Below, piece after piece: positions 1 through 11,020 of a stretch of 63,187 nucleotides of DNA (positions are counted from its first letter, which is position 1; each line of letters opens with the position of its first letter). The stretch is from an uncultured Lachnospiraceae bacterium (GTDB taxonomy: Bacteria; Bacillota; Clostridia; TANB77; CAG-508). Position numbers and translations under genes: made by a program. The notes beneath the pieces were generated by a model. That model was not told the DNA's origin. It saw nothing but the letters and a program-made list of their open reading frames with translations, and made no database searches. The stretch is from NCBI GenBank assembly GCA_964563525.1, contig CAZLWI010000001.1, positions 1-63,187 of the forward strand, written 5' to 3'.

Positions 1-739
1 ATATTGGTTTTTCATGTATTGTTTCTTTTTTCTTATTTAAAAACTCAACAAATGAAGAAATACCACCTTCATACATAAATTCAGATTTCTTAAGATTTTC
101 TGTATTTCTTTGATCTTCTAATGTTATTTTTAAACCTCTAGTTAAAAATGCCATTTCTCTTAATCTATTTTCTAAAGTTTCATAATCATACTCTGTTGTT
201 TGGAATATTTCAGGATCAGCTAAAAATCTAACTTTAGTTCCTGTTTTATCAGAATCAACAATCTTGTTTAATGGTTCAACTGTTTTACCTCTTTCAAATT
301 TAATTCTATAAACTCCACCATTTTGATTTACTTCAACTTCTGTCCATAATGAAAGAGCATTAACAACAGATGCACCAACACCATGAAGACCACCAGATAC
401 TTTATATCCACTATCTCCACCAAATTTACCACCAGCATGTAATACAGTATATACTGTTTCAACAGCTGATAAACCTGTTTGTTTTTGAATTCCTATTGGT
501 ATACCTCTACCATTATCTCTAATTTGAATAATATTATCTTTTTCAATTATTACATTAATTTCTGTGCAATAACCTGCTAAAGCCTCATCAACACTATTAT
601 CTACTGTTTCAGATACTAGATGATGTAATCCTCTAGCTGATACAGTTCCAATATACATTGCTGGTCTTTTTCTAACAGCTTCTAATCCTTCTAAAACTTG
701 TATCTGTTCTGCACCATAATTGTTACTAACTTTTTCCAT
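1..739 (-). CDS. gyrB: DNA gyrase subunit B, N-terminal part (gene continues past the window start)
   Basis: Own translation of the minus strand from the ATG at 739-737: [31 protein letters not shown]...[19 protein letters not shown]...DNGRGIP...[15 protein letters not shown], which are the GHKL ATPase motifs of GyrB. It is absent from the ORF track because it runs off the window. It follows dnaA-dnaN-recF as in Firmicutes. Confidence 0.93.
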   Translation of the reverse strand, partial: MEKVSNNYGAEQIQVLEGLEAVRKRPAMYIGTVSARGLHHLVSETVDNSVDEALAGYCTEINVIIEKDNIIQIRDNGRGIPIGIQKQTGLSAVETVYTVLHAGGKFGGDSGYKVSGGLHGVGASVVNALSLWTEVEVNQNGGVYRIKFERGKTVEPLNKIVDSDKTGTKVRFLADPEIFQTTEYDYETLENRLREMAFLTRGLKITLEDQRNTENLKKSEFMYEGGISSFVEFLNKKKETIHEKPI

Positions 740-1899
740 TACTCCTCCATCGCTTTCCCTGATTTAATTTGAATGTATTTAATTTTACTATTTTCTTTTT
801 TATCTTTATTATTTTTATCTTTTTTGTTTTCTGTAATATATTTATTCATAGATATTTTGCTTGTAGATGTTATAAATATTTGAGTATCTTCAATATTCTT
901 AAAAAATCTATCAACTCTTTTACTATCTAATTCTGACATAAAATCATCTAATATTAATATTGGATTTTCATCACTTTCATTTTTTAGTATTTCTAATTCT
1001 GATATTTTTAATGATAATATTGTTGATTTTTGTTGTCCTTGAGAACCATATTTCTGTATATCTCTATCATTTAATAATATTTCAAAATCATCTCTATGAA
1101 TTCCTATACTCGTATGCCCAATAAATATATCTCTTTTTAAATTATTATTCAATTGTTTTACAAATTTGTCTTTGTTTTTTAATATTGAGTCATATTTTAT
1201 TAATATATTTTCTTGCATTTTAGAAATAATATACTTCTGATGTACAAGATTTATATATTTATTAATTTTTTCAATATATTCTAATCTGTATTGATATATT
1301 ATTTCAGCTTCTTCAATTAATTGAATATTTAATACTTCAATTAAAGATAAATCTATATCTTCTAATAATTTACCTTTATCTAATTCTTTTGATATTTGTT
1401 TTAATATAGAATTTCTTTGATTTAAGATTTTATAATATTTAGATAATGAATCAATATATTTAGGTTTTAATGGTCCTATTAAATTATCCAGAAACTTTCT
1501 TCTTTTATCAGGGCCACCTTTTATTATATTTATATCTTCCGGTTTAAATATTACAATATTTAATTTACCATATATATTTGATAATCTTTTCTGTAAAACT
1601 CCATTAATTAATATCTTTTTACTATTTTTATTTTTATCATAAAAAATAGTTATTTCATTATCTCTATCATTTTTAACAAATTCTATTCCTATATTAAAAA
1701 AATCATCATCAAATCTTACTATTTCGTTATCTTTATTATTTTTAAAAGTTTTACCATAAGCAAAATAATATATAGCTTCTACAATATTTGTTTTACCTTC
1801 AGCATTATTACCATATATTATATTAATCTTATTATTAAAATTAATTGTTTCATTTTCATAGTTTCTAAACGAATGTAATCTTATTTTTTTAATATACAT
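739..1899 (-). CDS. recF: DNA replication/repair protein RecF
   Basis: 386-aa ORF with N-terminal Walker [10 protein letters not shown] and an SMC-like layout. It lies between dnaN and gyrB, and its stop overlaps the gyrB start (TAATG). Confidence 0.9.
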   Translation of the reverse strand: MYIKKIRLHSFRNYENETINFNNKINIIYGNNAEGKTNIVEAIYYFAYGKTFKNNKDNEIVRFDDDFFNIGIEFVKNDRDNEITIFYDKNKNSKKILINGVLQKRLSNIYGKLNIVIFKPEDINIIKGGPDKRRKFLDNLIGPLKPKYIDSLSKYYKILNQRNSILKQISKELDKGKLLEDIDLSLIEVLNIQLIEEAEIIYQYRLEYIEKINKYINLVHQKYIISKMQENILIKYDSILKNKDKFVKQLNNNLKRDIFIGHTSIGIHRDDFEILLNDRDIQKYGSQGQQKSTILSLKISELEILKNESDENPILILDDFMSELDSKRVDRFFKNIEDTQIFITSTSKISMNKYITENKKDKNNKDKKENSKIKYIQIKSGKAMEE

Positions 1900-3023
1900 T
1901 AATCATTAGTCCTTAAAGGTAATATTATATATGTAAAATCTTTACTTTTATCAACTGGTGTAATTAAACAAGGAGAAACTGATGTAGAAAAATTAATATT
2001 AATCTCTTCATCTTCAATATTCTTTAATACATCTAAAAAGAATTTAGGATTAAATTTTAATATTGTATCTTTTCCCTCTGTTTCAACAATAATTTCTTCA
2101 TCTGCATTACCAATAGTAGAAATACAAGTTAATTTCATTTTACCAACTGAAATATCAATTGTTACAGGTTCTTTTTTTTCTTTAGCAGTAGAAATTAACA
2201 TTACTCTTTCTAAAGATTCTGTAAATATTGATCTATTTACTTTAACTTTAGTATCAGCCTTTGTTTCTAATAACGAATTATAGTTTAAAAAATCACCATC
2301 TAATGTTTTTGTAACAATTTTACAATTATCTAAATTAAAAACAGCTTGTCCTTTTTCAGTACCTATTGAAATTTCATCAAAAGACTCATCTAATATTCTT
2401 GCAATTTCAGCTAATGATTTACCAGGTATTACAACTTTAAATTCTGATTTCTTATCTTTTTTAGATTCTCTTTTAATAGTTCTAATAGCTAATCTAAAAC
2501 CATCTAAAGCTACAACAGTTAATTTATCTTTTTCAACATTAAATAATGATCCTGTATATAGTTTTCTTTTTTCATCTGTTGAAACAGAAAAATTAGTTTG
2601 ATTTATTATTTTCTTTAAATTTCTTTGTTCTAATATTACAGAGTTTTCAATTTTAATCTCTGGTAATTTAGGATATTCTTCTGCACTCATTGTTGATAAT
2701 TGATATTTAGATCCCTTACATTCCATCTTTAAAATACCATCTTTATCAACATTAATATTAATATCTAATTCTGGCATTCTTCTAACTATTTCTCTAAAAG
2801 TATATCCTCTTACAACAATAGCTCCTTCTTTTTTAATATTTACATTATCTTCTATAGTATATTCAATACCTATTTCTAAATCATATGTAGTTAGAATAAG
2901 TTTTTTATCTTTAGCTTGAATTAATATTCCTTCTAATACAGGTATAGTTGTACTATTAGGTATAGCATTAGAAACTGTATCAATTCCTTTTAATAATGAG
3001 TTTTTTTCAATTTTAAATTGCAT
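1899..3023 (-). CDS. dnaN: DNA polymerase III beta sliding clamp
   Basis: 374-aa ORF immediately downstream of dnaA with the size and layout of a beta clamp. Its stop overlaps the recF start. Confidence 0.9.
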   Translation of the reverse strand: MQFKIEKNSLLKGIDTVSNAIPNSTTIPVLEGILIQAKDKKLILTTYDLEIGIEYTIEDNVNIKKEGAIVVRGYTFREIVRRMPELDININVDKDGILKMECKGSKYQLSTMSAEEYPKLPEIKIENSVILEQRNLKKIINQTNFSVSTDEKRKLYTGSLFNVEKDKLTVVALDGFRLAIRTIKRESKKDKKSEFKVVIPGKSLAEIARILDESFDEISIGTEKGQAVFNLDNCKIVTKTLDGDFLNYNSLLETKADTKVKVNRSIFTESLERVMLISTAKEKKEPVTIDISVGKMKLTCISTIGNADEEIIVETEGKDTILKFNPKFFLDVLKNIEDEEININFSTSVSPCLITPVDKSKDFTYIILPLRTND

Positions 3024-3329
3024 GTTTATCTCCTTTTATTTATATAAATATTTAGTAGTAGTAATAGTAGGTATTGTGGATTTAGTGGATAAGTGATTTT
3101 TTAATTATATTATTATGTATTTGTCTATGTGTATAACTTGGTGGATAAGTATAGTCATATATTTTTTTATTCACAAAATTTATATTTTTATAGTTTTCCT
3201 TTATTTTTTTTATTTCTTTCCACAATTTTATGTGAATTGTTTATATGTTGATATATAAAGCTTTTATTAATGTTTAATATAATAAAATTATGTAAATTTA
3301 AAGTTATTTTTTAATAAAAATTTGATAAA
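3024..3329. other. Probable oriC: DnaA-box cluster plus AT-rich unwinding region in the dnaA-dnaN spacer
   Basis: Matches to TTATCCACA on either strand: 3084-3092 (TTATCCACT), 3140-3148 (TTATCCACC), 3167-3175 (TTATTCACA), 3075-3083 (AAATCCACA), 3216-3224 (CTTTCCACA), plus CTATCCACA at 3364-3372 inside the dnaA 3' end. Bases 3240-3329 are almost pure A/T. Gene orientation diverges around this point. Confidence 0.6.
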
Positions 3330-4673
3330 TCAACATTTGTCACTATTTAATATTTCATTTAAACTATCCACAATTAATTTTGTTTCTTTAACTGTTTTTA
3401 ATTTGTTTTTAATTTTATCTTCAGCATACATTATTGTAGTATGATCTTTTCTGTTAAAAATTTTAGATATTGTAGCATATGGTAATCCTAACAATGTTCT
3501 ACATAAATACATACCAATTTGTCTTGGAAAAGCTATATTATTTGATCTTTTAGTTGATTTCAAATCATCAACATTTAAATTAAAATAATTAGCAACAGTA
3601 ACTAAGATAGTATCAGTTGTTAATACTTTTTCACTTTGCATACTTGTTTCATTAACAGCTTTTTCAGCTATTTCTCTAGTAATATTAGTTTTTGTTAAAG
3701 TTGAAATAGCTATTATTTTGTTTAATATTCCCTCTAAATCTCTAATATTAGTTATTTCTTTTTCAGCAATTAATGATAATATATCATTTTCAATTATTAT
3801 ATTTTCTTCTTCAACTTTTCTTTGTAGAATAGCTAATCTTGTTTCATAATCTGGAAAACCTATATCAACTGTTAATCCCCAATTAAATCTAGACTTTAAT
3901 CTTTCTTCTAATATAGGAATATCCTTTGGTGGTCTATCTGCAGAAAATACTATTTGCTTTTTATTCTCATGTAATTCATTAAAAGTATGGAAAAGCTCTG
4001 TTTGAGCAGCTTCTTTACCTGACAAAAATTGAACATCATCCATTAAAAATAAATCAACATTTCTATATTTCTTTCTAAATAACTCTGTTTTATTTGATTT
4101 TTGTTTAATAGATTCAACTAGATCATTTAAAAATTTTTCAGAAGTAACATAAAGTATTTTTGCATCTTTGTTTAGTTTTATCATTTCATTACCAATTGCA
4201 TGCATTAAATGAGTTTTTCCTAATCCCACTCCTCCATATATAAATAGTGGATTATATTTTGTATATGGATTTTCAGCAACAGCTAAAGCTGTAGCTTGAG
4301 CAATATTATTATTTTGTCCTACAACAAATGTATCAAAAGTATATTTTGGATTTAAATTTGAAATATAGTATTTATCACTATTATTAGAAGAGTCTTCTGT
4401 ATCTGTAAACTCTAAGTTAGAATCTATTTCTTTTTGTGAAAATATCTCTAGATTATATGATTTTTTAGTTATAAATTTAAAAGTATTTAAAAGAAGATCA
4501 AAATATTTTTCAGATATAAAATCTTTATGTACATCAGATTCAGCTATTAATGTAATAGAATCTTCTGTTAATTTATGTATTTTAATATTTTTTATCCATG
4601 TATCAAAAGCTATTGTTGTTACTTCCTCTTTTAAAAGCTCTTTAGCTGAATACATTAATTCTTCTGAAGTCAT
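3330..4673 (-). CDS. dnaA: Chromosomal replication initiator DnaA
   Basis: 447 aa with AAA+ Walker A GGVGLGKTHL, LFLMDDVQFL (Walker B) and a C-terminal DnaA-box binding domain (RSNNIAFPRQIGMYLCRTLL). Confidence 0.95.
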   Translation of the reverse strand: MTSEELMYSAKELLKEEVTTIAFDTWIKNIKIHKLTEDSITLIAESDVHKDFISEKYFDLLLNTFKFITKKSYNLEIFSQKEIDSNLEFTDTEDSSNNSDKYYISNLNPKYTFDTFVVGQNNNIAQATALAVAENPYTKYNPLFIYGGVGLGKTHLMHAIGNEMIKLNKDAKILYVTSEKFLNDLVESIKQKSNKTELFRKKYRNVDLFLMDDVQFLSGKEAAQTELFHTFNELHENKKQIVFSADRPPKDIPILEERLKSRFNWGLTVDIGFPDYETRLAILQRKVEEENIIIENDILSLIAEKEITNIRDLEGILNKIIAISTLTKTNITREIAEKAVNETSMQSEKVLTTDTILVTVANYFNLNVDDLKSTKRSNNIAFPRQIGMYLCRTLLGLPYATISKIFNRKDHTTIMYAEDKIKNKLKTVKETKLIVDSLNEILNSDKC

Positions 4674-4894
4674 TTCTTCTCCTTATTTAAACAATAATCC
4701 TATTTGAATAATATAAAAAAAAGCAGTAAAAGTCAATTAAGATTTAAGCTAAACTTTTAAATTGATTATAGGAAAATTAGTTGATATAATTTAAATATAA
4801 ATATTATAAAAGCATATTTAACAATAAAGGTTTACATAAACATGTGTTACGTTTTTGTAATAAATTAAATAGTCCATATAAATACTAATAAATA

Positions 4895-4923
4895 TTGCAA
4901 TTTTTAATAAATTAGAGTATAAT
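4895..4923 (+). promoter_or_regulatory. Sigma-70-type promoter for the rpmH operon
   Basis: TTGCAA (4895-4900), a 17-nt spacer, then TATAAT (4918-4923), about 30 nt upstream of the rpmH start. Confidence 0.5.
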
Positions 4924-4954
4924 AAATAAACGTTAACAAAAAAGGAGGTTTAAC

Positions 4955-5089
4955 ATGAAAAGAACTTATCAGCCAAAAAATAGACAAAAAAAGAAAGTTC
5001 ATGGATTTAGATCAAGAATGAAAACTTCTAAAGGCAGAGATGTTTTAAAAAGAAGAAGAGCTAAAGGTAGAAAGAGACTATGTGTATAA
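4955..5089 (+). CDS. rpmH: 50S ribosomal protein L34
   Basis: Below the ORF-track cutoff. Own translation: [52 protein letters not shown] at 4944-4948. Canonical position before rnpA. Confidence 0.92.
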   Translation: MKRTYQPKNRQKKKVHGFRSRMKTSKGRDVLKRRRAKGRKRLCV

Positions 5090-5113
5090 GGTAGTAGCCT
5101 TATTTTTAGTATT

Positions 5114-5458
5114 ATGAAGAAAAAATTTAGTATTAAAAAAAATTATCAATTTAAATATATATTTTTAAAAGGAATTTCAGAATCTGGCAAGATTTTGAAA
5201 ATTATATATTTAAAAAACAGTAAGACAAATAACAGATTAGGTATTTGCGTTAATAAAAATATTAAAACAATACCTTTAAAAAACAAATGTAAAAGATTAA
5301 TAAGAGAATCTTTTAGACATATCTTTTTAAAACAAGGCTTTGATATTGTAATTGTATGGAGAAATACAAACACAGAATATGAATATAGTGAAGTTTTAAA
5401 TGATATGCAAAATATATTTAGAAAACTGGAATTATTAAATGAAGAAAATAACAATTAG
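5114..5458 (+). CDS. rnpA: Ribonuclease P protein component
   Basis: 114-aa basic protein between rpmH and yidD, with conserved synteny. Confidence 0.8.
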   Translation: MKKKFSIKKNYQFKYIFLKGISESGKILKIIYLKNSKTNNRLGICVNKNIKTIPLKNKCKRLIRESFRHIFLKQGFDIVIVWRNTNTEYEYSEVLNDMQNIFRKLELLNEENNN

Positions 5459-5654
5459 TTTAATAAAGTTTTATCAAAAAGCTATATCACCACATTTAAA
5501 TAAGGGATTAGTAAAATGTAAATATCATCCATCATGTTCAAATTATATGATTCAAGCTATCCAAAAAAATGGAATAAAAGGCTTTTTTCAAGGAATATGG
5601 CGAATATTAAGATGTAATCCTTTTTCTAAAGGTGGATATGATCCAGTTAAATGA
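5439..5654 (+). CDS. yidD: Membrane protein insertion efficiency factor YidD
   Basis: 71 aa: YQKAISPHL...[19 protein letters not shown]...[16 protein letters not shown], the YidD signature. Confidence 0.88.
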   Translation: MKKITISLIKFYQKAISPHLNKGLVKCKYHPSCSNYMIQAIQKNGIKGFFQGIWRILRCNPFSKGGYDPVK

Positions 5655-5661
5655 GGTTTAA

Positions 5662-6894
5662 ATGTTTTCGTGGATAACTAGTATATCAAACATATTTGGT
5701 TATGTTTTGAATTTTATTTATGATTTAGTAGGTAATTATGGAATAGCTATTATTCTATTTACTTTAGCTGCTAAAGTCATTCTTATGCCTTTAACATATT
5801 TTCAACAAAAAAGCACTAAGAAAAATGCACTTATAAGTGAAGAAGTTAAAGCTTTACAAACAAAATATAAGGGAAATGAGAAAAAACTTCATGAAGAAAC
5901 AATGAAGCTATATAAAGACAGAAATACATCTCCATTAGCTGGTTGTTCTTCATGTTTAACTGTAATTATTCAGATGGTATTAATACTATCTATTTTCTAT
6001 TTAGTTAATGAGCCATTAACATATATGAAAAAAATAGATCCACAAGTATATAAGCAATACGAAATCAGAATGTATGAAGAAGTTATAGCTGAAAAAGAAA
6101 AATTAGAAACTGAAAAGAAAAAAGAAGTTAAACAAGACAATAAAGAAGAAGCACAGAAACAAAAAGAGAAAAAAGAAGAAGTTAAAAAAGAAGAAATTAA
6201 AGAAGAAAAACCTGAAGAGAAGGAAGATACTAGAACAGAAGAACAAAAAGAGCAAGACAAAATAAAAGAATTAAGAACAAAATCTGGCATTTTAAGACCT
6301 CAGATGGAAATGATTAACAGATTTAGAGATGAGAACGAAGCTTTTGATATTAATACTAAATTCTTAGGATTAGATTTAGCTCAAATACCAACAAACAGTT
6401 TAAAAACAATTGATATTAAAGACTTTAAAACATATGGTGCATTAGTTAATTTAATAATCCCTGTATTATATATAGGGATTTCAATAGCAAATATTATTTA
6501 TACAAATAAACAGATGAAATCAATGACTCAGAAAGAAGATAAAAATGTAATAGAAGTTAAGGCAGAAAAAGTCGTTGAAGAAAACAAAGAAGATAAAAAT
6601 TTAAAAGAACAAGACAATAAAGAAAACAAAGAAGATAAATTAAGTGCAGAAGATATTGGTGGTGCAATGAAAGATGCAAACAAGTCAATGCTATATTTTA
6701 TGCCGGTTATCATGTTTGTAGTAACAATGGGAGCACCTTTGAGTTTAGCTCTTTATTGGTTAACTAATACATTATTATCATTTGGAGAAAAAGCTATTAT
6801 TGATAAAATAATAAAAACACAGGAAGAAAAAGATGAAAAGCAAGAAAACAAAGATAATACAATTAAAGCAAAGAGTAAAAAAATAGAAAAATAG
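5662..6894 (+). CDS. yidC: YidC/Oxa1-family membrane protein insertase with Lys/Glu-rich low-complexity inserts
   Basis: 410 aa with N-terminal TM segments, PLTYFQQKSTKK and a conserved C-terminal TM core (MLYFMPVIMFVVTMGAPLSLALYWLTNTLLS). Synteny after yidD. Confidence 0.85.
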   Translation: MFSWITSISNIFGYVLNFIYDLVGNYGIAIILFTLAAKVILMPLTYFQQKSTKKNALISEEVKALQTKYKGNEKKLHEETMKLYKDRNTSPLAGCSSCLTVIIQMVLILSIFYLVNEPLTYMKKIDPQVYKQYEIRMYEEVIAEKEKLETEKKKEVKQDNKEEAQKQKEKKEEVKKEEIKEEKPEEKEDTRTEEQKEQDKIKELRTKSGILRPQMEMINRFRDENEAFDINTKFLGLDLAQIPTNSLKTIDIKDFKTYGALVNLIIPVLYIGISIANIIYTNKQMKSMTQKEDKNVIEVKAEKVVEENKEDKNLKEQDNKENKEDKLSAEDIGGAMKDANKSMLYFMPVIMFVVTMGAPLSLALYWLTNTLLSFGEKAIIDKIIKTQEEKDEKQENKDNTIKAKSKKIEK

Positions 6895-6904
6895 GTGAAT
6901 ATAT

Positions 6905-7606
6905 ATGAAAAATATTTATGAAGGAAGAACAAAGGAAGATGCTATTAGAGAGGCATGTAAAGAGTTAGGTGTAGAAAAAGAAGAATTACTTGTAGAAGTA
7001 TTAGAAGATGAAGAACCTAAAAAAACAATGTTTAGTATTTTAGATAGAAAAAGAGTTAAAATAAAAGTAAAAGTAAATAAAAAAACATCTAAAAAATCTG
7101 AAACAAAAAAGACTAAAAGTAATAACAAAACTAGAATAAAAGAAGCTGTAAATATAAATGACCAAATAGTTTTTTTAGAAAAGGTTTTAGAAGAATTTAA
7201 AGAACTATATAAAGAAGATAATTTTACATATGAAATTAAAGAAGATAATAGACATATTAATGTAACTATAGATCTTAATAATAGAAGTAAATGGATTGGA
7301 TATAGGGGAAAGACTTTAAATGCATTACAAAGTGTTTTAACAGCAATGCTAGCATCTAATTTTAATACCTTTACAAGAGCATATATAAATATTGGTACAT
7401 ATAAAGAAGAAAGACAAAAACAATTAGAATCTTTAGCTTCAAAAATATCTAATACAGTTAAAAGAACAGAAAAGAAGATTACATTAGAACCTATGAGTTC
7501 TTATGAAAGAAAAATCATACATGATTATATTGCAAAAGATGATGATTTAAAATCAGAAAGTATAGGAGAAGAACCGAACAGAAAAGTAGTGGTTTCATTA
7601 AAATAA
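6905..7606 (+). CDS. jag: RNA-binding protein Jag/KhpB (KH + R3H domains)
   Basis: 233 aa. The C-terminus LEPMSSYERKIIHDYI...SESIGEEPNRKVVV is R3H-like. Synteny after yidC. Confidence 0.8.
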   Translation: MKNIYEGRTKEDAIREACKELGVEKEELLVEVLEDEEPKKTMFSILDRKRVKIKVKVNKKTSKKSETKKTKSNNKTRIKEAVNINDQIVFLEKVLEEFKELYKEDNFTYEIKEDNRHINVTIDLNNRSKWIGYRGKTLNALQSVLTAMLASNFNTFTRAYINIGTYKEERQKQLESLASKISNTVKRTEKKITLEPMSSYERKIIHDYIAKDDDLKSESIGEEPNRKVVVSLK

Positions 7607-7622
7607 AATAGTAAATATTTTT

Positions 7623-7651
7623 TAGTCCGGAGTTTTCTTTGGACTATTTTT
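7623..7651 (+). terminator. Rho-independent terminator after jag
   Basis: TAGTCC (7623-7628) pairs with GGACTA (7641-7646) and is followed by TTTTT. Confidence 0.5.
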
Positions 7652-7666
7652 ATTTAAAGAGGTTAT

Positions 7667-9034
7667 ATGGATACGATAGTAGCAATTTCAACAGCACCAG
7701 GATTAGGTGGAATAGGTATTATTAGAATGAGTGGTAAAAACTCATTTAATATTCTATTGAAAATGTTTAAATCAAAGAGAATTAAAGAAGTAGAAGATAT
7801 TAAACAAAATTCCATTATTTATGGACATATTTATGATGGAAAAACAAGAGTAGATGAAGTTATGGTTTCTTTTTTTAAAGCTCCTAATTCATATACAAAA
7901 GAAAATATAGTAGAAATAAATTCTCATGGTGGAATAGTTGTAATGAGAAAAATACTAGATATTTGTATAAATAGTGGAGCTAGACTTGCAGATCCAGGTG
8001 AATTTACAAAAAGAGCATTTATTAATGGAAGAATAGATTTAACACAAGTTGAAGCTGTTGCAACAATTATTGGAGCTAATTCTGATTCAGAACTTAAAGT
8101 TTCTAATTTATTATTAGAAGGTAAATTACAAGATAAAATTAATTTAGCTAAAGATAAAATATTAGAGATTTTAACAATAATGCAAGTAAATATTGATTAT
8201 CCAGAATATGAATTACCTAAAATAGATAACAAAACAATAGAGATAAATTTAAAAGAAGTATTAAAAGAGTTTGAAGTATTAGCAGATACATTTAATATTG
8301 GAGATAAGATAAGAGAAGGAATTTCAGTAGCAATAATAGGTTCACCGAATTCTGGAAAATCCTCTTTATTAAACTATATATTAAATGTAGAAAGAGCGAT
8401 TGTTACAGAAATTGCAGGAACAACAAGAGATTCAATAGAAGAAATTATTAATATAGCAGGGATGCCTGTTAGACTTATAGATACAGCTGGAATAAGAGAA
8501 ACAAAGGAAAAAGTTGAAAAAATTGGAATAGAAAGAACTATTCAAATAGCAAAAGATAGTGATATTATTATAGCTATTTTCGATACATCGGTAGAATTAA
8601 ATGAAGATGATATGAAAATATTAGAACTTTGTAAAGATAAAAATACCATTATAGTTTTAAACAAGATAGATTTACAAAGAAAAATAAATGATGAGATTAT
8701 TAATAAACAAAATAAAGAAGTAATTGAAATATCAATATTAGAAAGAAAGCAAGTTGATAATGTATTAACTAGTTTAAAAAACACTATATCTGAAATTTCA
8801 TTAGATCTAAAGAAAGATTCATCTTTGGTTATTATTCATGAAAGACAAAAAAAGATAATATTAGAAACAATAGAACTTATAAGAAAATCTATATCAGAAA
8901 TTGATAAAATACCTGTAGATATATTATCTACTTCAATAGAAGAAATATTGCATAAATTAGCAGAGATTACAGGTGATGATGTAAAAGAAGATATGATAAA
9001 TGACATATTTAGTAATTTTTGTTTAGGTAAATAG
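7667..9034 (+). CDS. mnmE: tRNA modification GTPase MnmE
   Basis: 455 aa: DTIVAISTAPG, G-domain GSPNSGKSSLLN, DTAGIRET, C-terminal FCLGK. Confidence 0.95.
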   Translation: MDTIVAISTAPGLGGIGIIRMSGKNSFNILLKMFKSKRIKEVEDIKQNSIIYGHIYDGKTRVDEVMVSFFKAPNSYTKENIVEINSHGGIVVMRKILDICINSGARLADPGEFTKRAFINGRIDLTQVEAVATIIGANSDSELKVSNLLLEGKLQDKINLAKDKILEILTIMQVNIDYPEYELPKIDNKTIEINLKEVLKEFEVLADTFNIGDKIREGISVAIIGSPNSGKSSLLNYILNVERAIVTEIAGTTRDSIEEIINIAGMPVRLIDTAGIRETKEKVEKIGIERTIQIAKDSDIIIAIFDTSVELNEDDMKILELCKDKNTIIVLNKIDLQRKINDEIINKQNKEVIEISILERKQVDNVLTSLKNTISEISLDLKKDSSLVIIHERQKKIILETIELIRKSISEIDKIPVDILSTSIEEILHKLAEITGDDVKEDMINDIFSNFCLGK

Positions 9035-9041
9035 GTGAGAA

Positions 9042-10922
9042 ATGTTTAATGCTGGAGATTATGATATTGCAGTAATTGGAGCAGGACATGCAGGAATAGA
9101 AGCGGGTTTTGCAGCGGCTAGACTAGGAATGAAAACACTAGTTTTTTCAATAAGCTTAGAATGTGTTGCAAATATGCCATGTAATCCTAGTATTGGCGGA
9201 ACATCTAAAGGGCATCTAGTAAGAGAAATTGATGCATTAGGTGGAGAGATGGGCAAAGTTGCAGATGAAACTGCAATTGCAATTAAAATGCTTAATATGT
9301 CAAAAGGACCAGCAGTTCATTCTTTAAGGGCACAAATTGATAGAAGCAAATATCATGAGGTAATGAAACAAAGATTAGAAAATGAACCAAATATTTTTCT
9401 TAAACAAGCAGAGATAGTTGATATTATAACTGAGAATAACAAAGTAGAAGCTGTAATAACAGATGTGGGTGCAAGATATAATGTTAAAGCAATAATACTT
9501 GCTACAGGCACATATTTAAAAGGACAAATATTTATAGGTGATTATGTTAAAAACTCAGGTCCAGATGGAGTTTCTGCAGCTAATAAATTATCAGATGTAT
9601 TAAAAAACATGAAAATAGATATGCAAAGATTCAAAACAGGAACACCAGCAAGAGTTAACAAAAATTCAGTAAATTTTGAAGTAATGGAAAGACAAGAAAA
9701 TAATGATGATATTATGCCATTTTCTTTTGAATCCACAAAACCTATTATTAATAAAGTATATTGTTATTTAACATATACTAATGGCAAAACACATGAAGTT
9801 ATTAGAAAAAACATAGAAAAATCAGCAATGTTTAGTGGAAATATTACTGGAGTTGGTGCAAGGTATTGTCCTTCTATTGAAGATAAAGTACATAGATTTG
9901 CAGACAAAGAAAGACATCAAGCATTTATTGAACCAATGGGATTAAATACTAATGAAATTTATGTTCAAGGAATGAGTTCTTCTTTACCAGAAGATGTACA
10001 AATAGAATTCTATAAAACTATGAAAGGATTAGAAAAAGTAGAATTTACTAGACCTGCCTATGCCATAGAATATGATTGTTTTAAACCATATGAATTAAAA
10101 TCATCACTTGAACTTAAAAAAGTTGAAGGATTGTATGGAGCTGGACAAATAAATGGAACATCTGGATATGAAGAGGCTGCAGCACAAGGATTAATTGCAG
10201 GTATTAATGCAGCAAGAAAAATTAAAGGTAAAGAGCCAATTGTATTAAGAAGAGATCAAGCATATATTGGTGTATTAATCGATGATATTATTACAAAAAG
10301 CACATGGGAACCTTATAGGATGATGACTTCAAGAGCAGAATACAGGCTTTTATTAAGACAAGATAATGCAGATTTTAGATTAACTAAAATTGGATATGAT
10401 ATTGGTTTGATTTCTAAGGATAGATATAATAAATTTAAAGACAAAATGAAAGCTGTAGATAAAGAAATTAGAAGAGTAAAATCAAAAGTTATTAAACCTA
10501 CAGATAAGGTTAACAAACTACTTAAAAAACATGACACAACACCAATTACTACAGGTGTTAAACTTGCAGAACTAATAAAAAGAACAGAATTAGATTATAA
10601 TATTTTATCTAAAATAGATGATGATAGACCAAAACTTTCCAAGATAGTTCAAGATGAAGTTAATACAGTTATAAAATATAAAGGATATATTGATTTACAA
10701 AAGAAACAAGTAGAAAAGTTTAAAGATTTAGAAAATAAATTAATACCAGAAGATTTTGATTATAGTGATATTAAAGGTATTAGATTAGAAGCAAAAGAAA
10801 AGCTAATAAAATTTAAACCAGATTCAATTGGACAAGCATCAAGAATTTCTGGAATATCACCATCAGACATATCTGTATTATTATTATATATAGACACATA
10901 TTATAAAAATAATAAAAGATAA
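9042..10922 (+). CDS. mnmG: tRNA uridine 5-carboxymethylaminomethyl modification enzyme MnmG (GidA)
   Basis: 626 aa: FAD motif [24 protein letters not shown]-like [11 protein letters not shown]. Confidence 0.95.
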   Translation: MFNAGDYDIAVIGAGHAGIEAGFAAARLGMKTLVFSISLECVANMPCNPSIGGTSKGHLVREIDALGGEMGKVADETAIAIKMLNMSKGPAVHSLRAQIDRSKYHEVMKQRLENEPNIFLKQAEIVDIITENNKVEAVITDVGARYNVKAIILATGTYLKGQIFIGDYVKNSGPDGVSAANKLSDVLKNMKIDMQRFKTGTPARVNKNSVNFEVMERQENNDDIMPFSFESTKPIINKVYCYLTYTNGKTHEVIRKNIEKSAMFSGNITGVGARYCPSIEDKVHRFADKERHQAFIEPMGLNTNEIYVQGMSSSLPEDVQIEFYKTMKGLEKVEFTRPAYAIEYDCFKPYELKSSLELKKVEGLYGAGQINGTSGYEEAAAQGLIAGINAARKIKGKEPIVLRRDQAYIGVLIDDIITKSTWEPYRMMTSRAEYRLLLRQDNADFRLTKIGYDIGLISKDRYNKFKDKMKAVDKEIRRVKSKVIKPTDKVNKLLKKHDTTPITTGVKLAELIKRTELDYNILSKIDDDRPKLSKIVQDEVNTVIKYKGYIDLQKKQVEKFKDLENKLIPEDFDYSDIKGIRLEAKEKLIKFKPDSIGQASRISGISPSDISVLLLYIDTYYKNNKR

Positions 10923-11010
10923 GTTTTGGGAATAAGAAATTAAAATCGTTATAAACTATAAATAGCAATACATACAAGCTGGACAATTGTCCATTTACAA
11001 ATGTAAAAAT
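10918..11010 (+). repeat. 93-nt intergenic repeat element, copy 1 (contains the palindrome TGGACAATTGTCCA at 10980-10993)
   Basis: It starts on the mnmG stop codon (GATAAGTTTTGGGAATAAGAAATTAAAAT...) and ends ...CAAGCTGGACAATTGTCCATTTACAAATGTAAAAAT, 10 nt before the rsmG ATG. It is near-identical to the copies at 14383 and 15796, apart from a variable core of about 30 nt. Confidence 0.85.
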
Positions 11011-11020
11011 TAGGTAAAAA

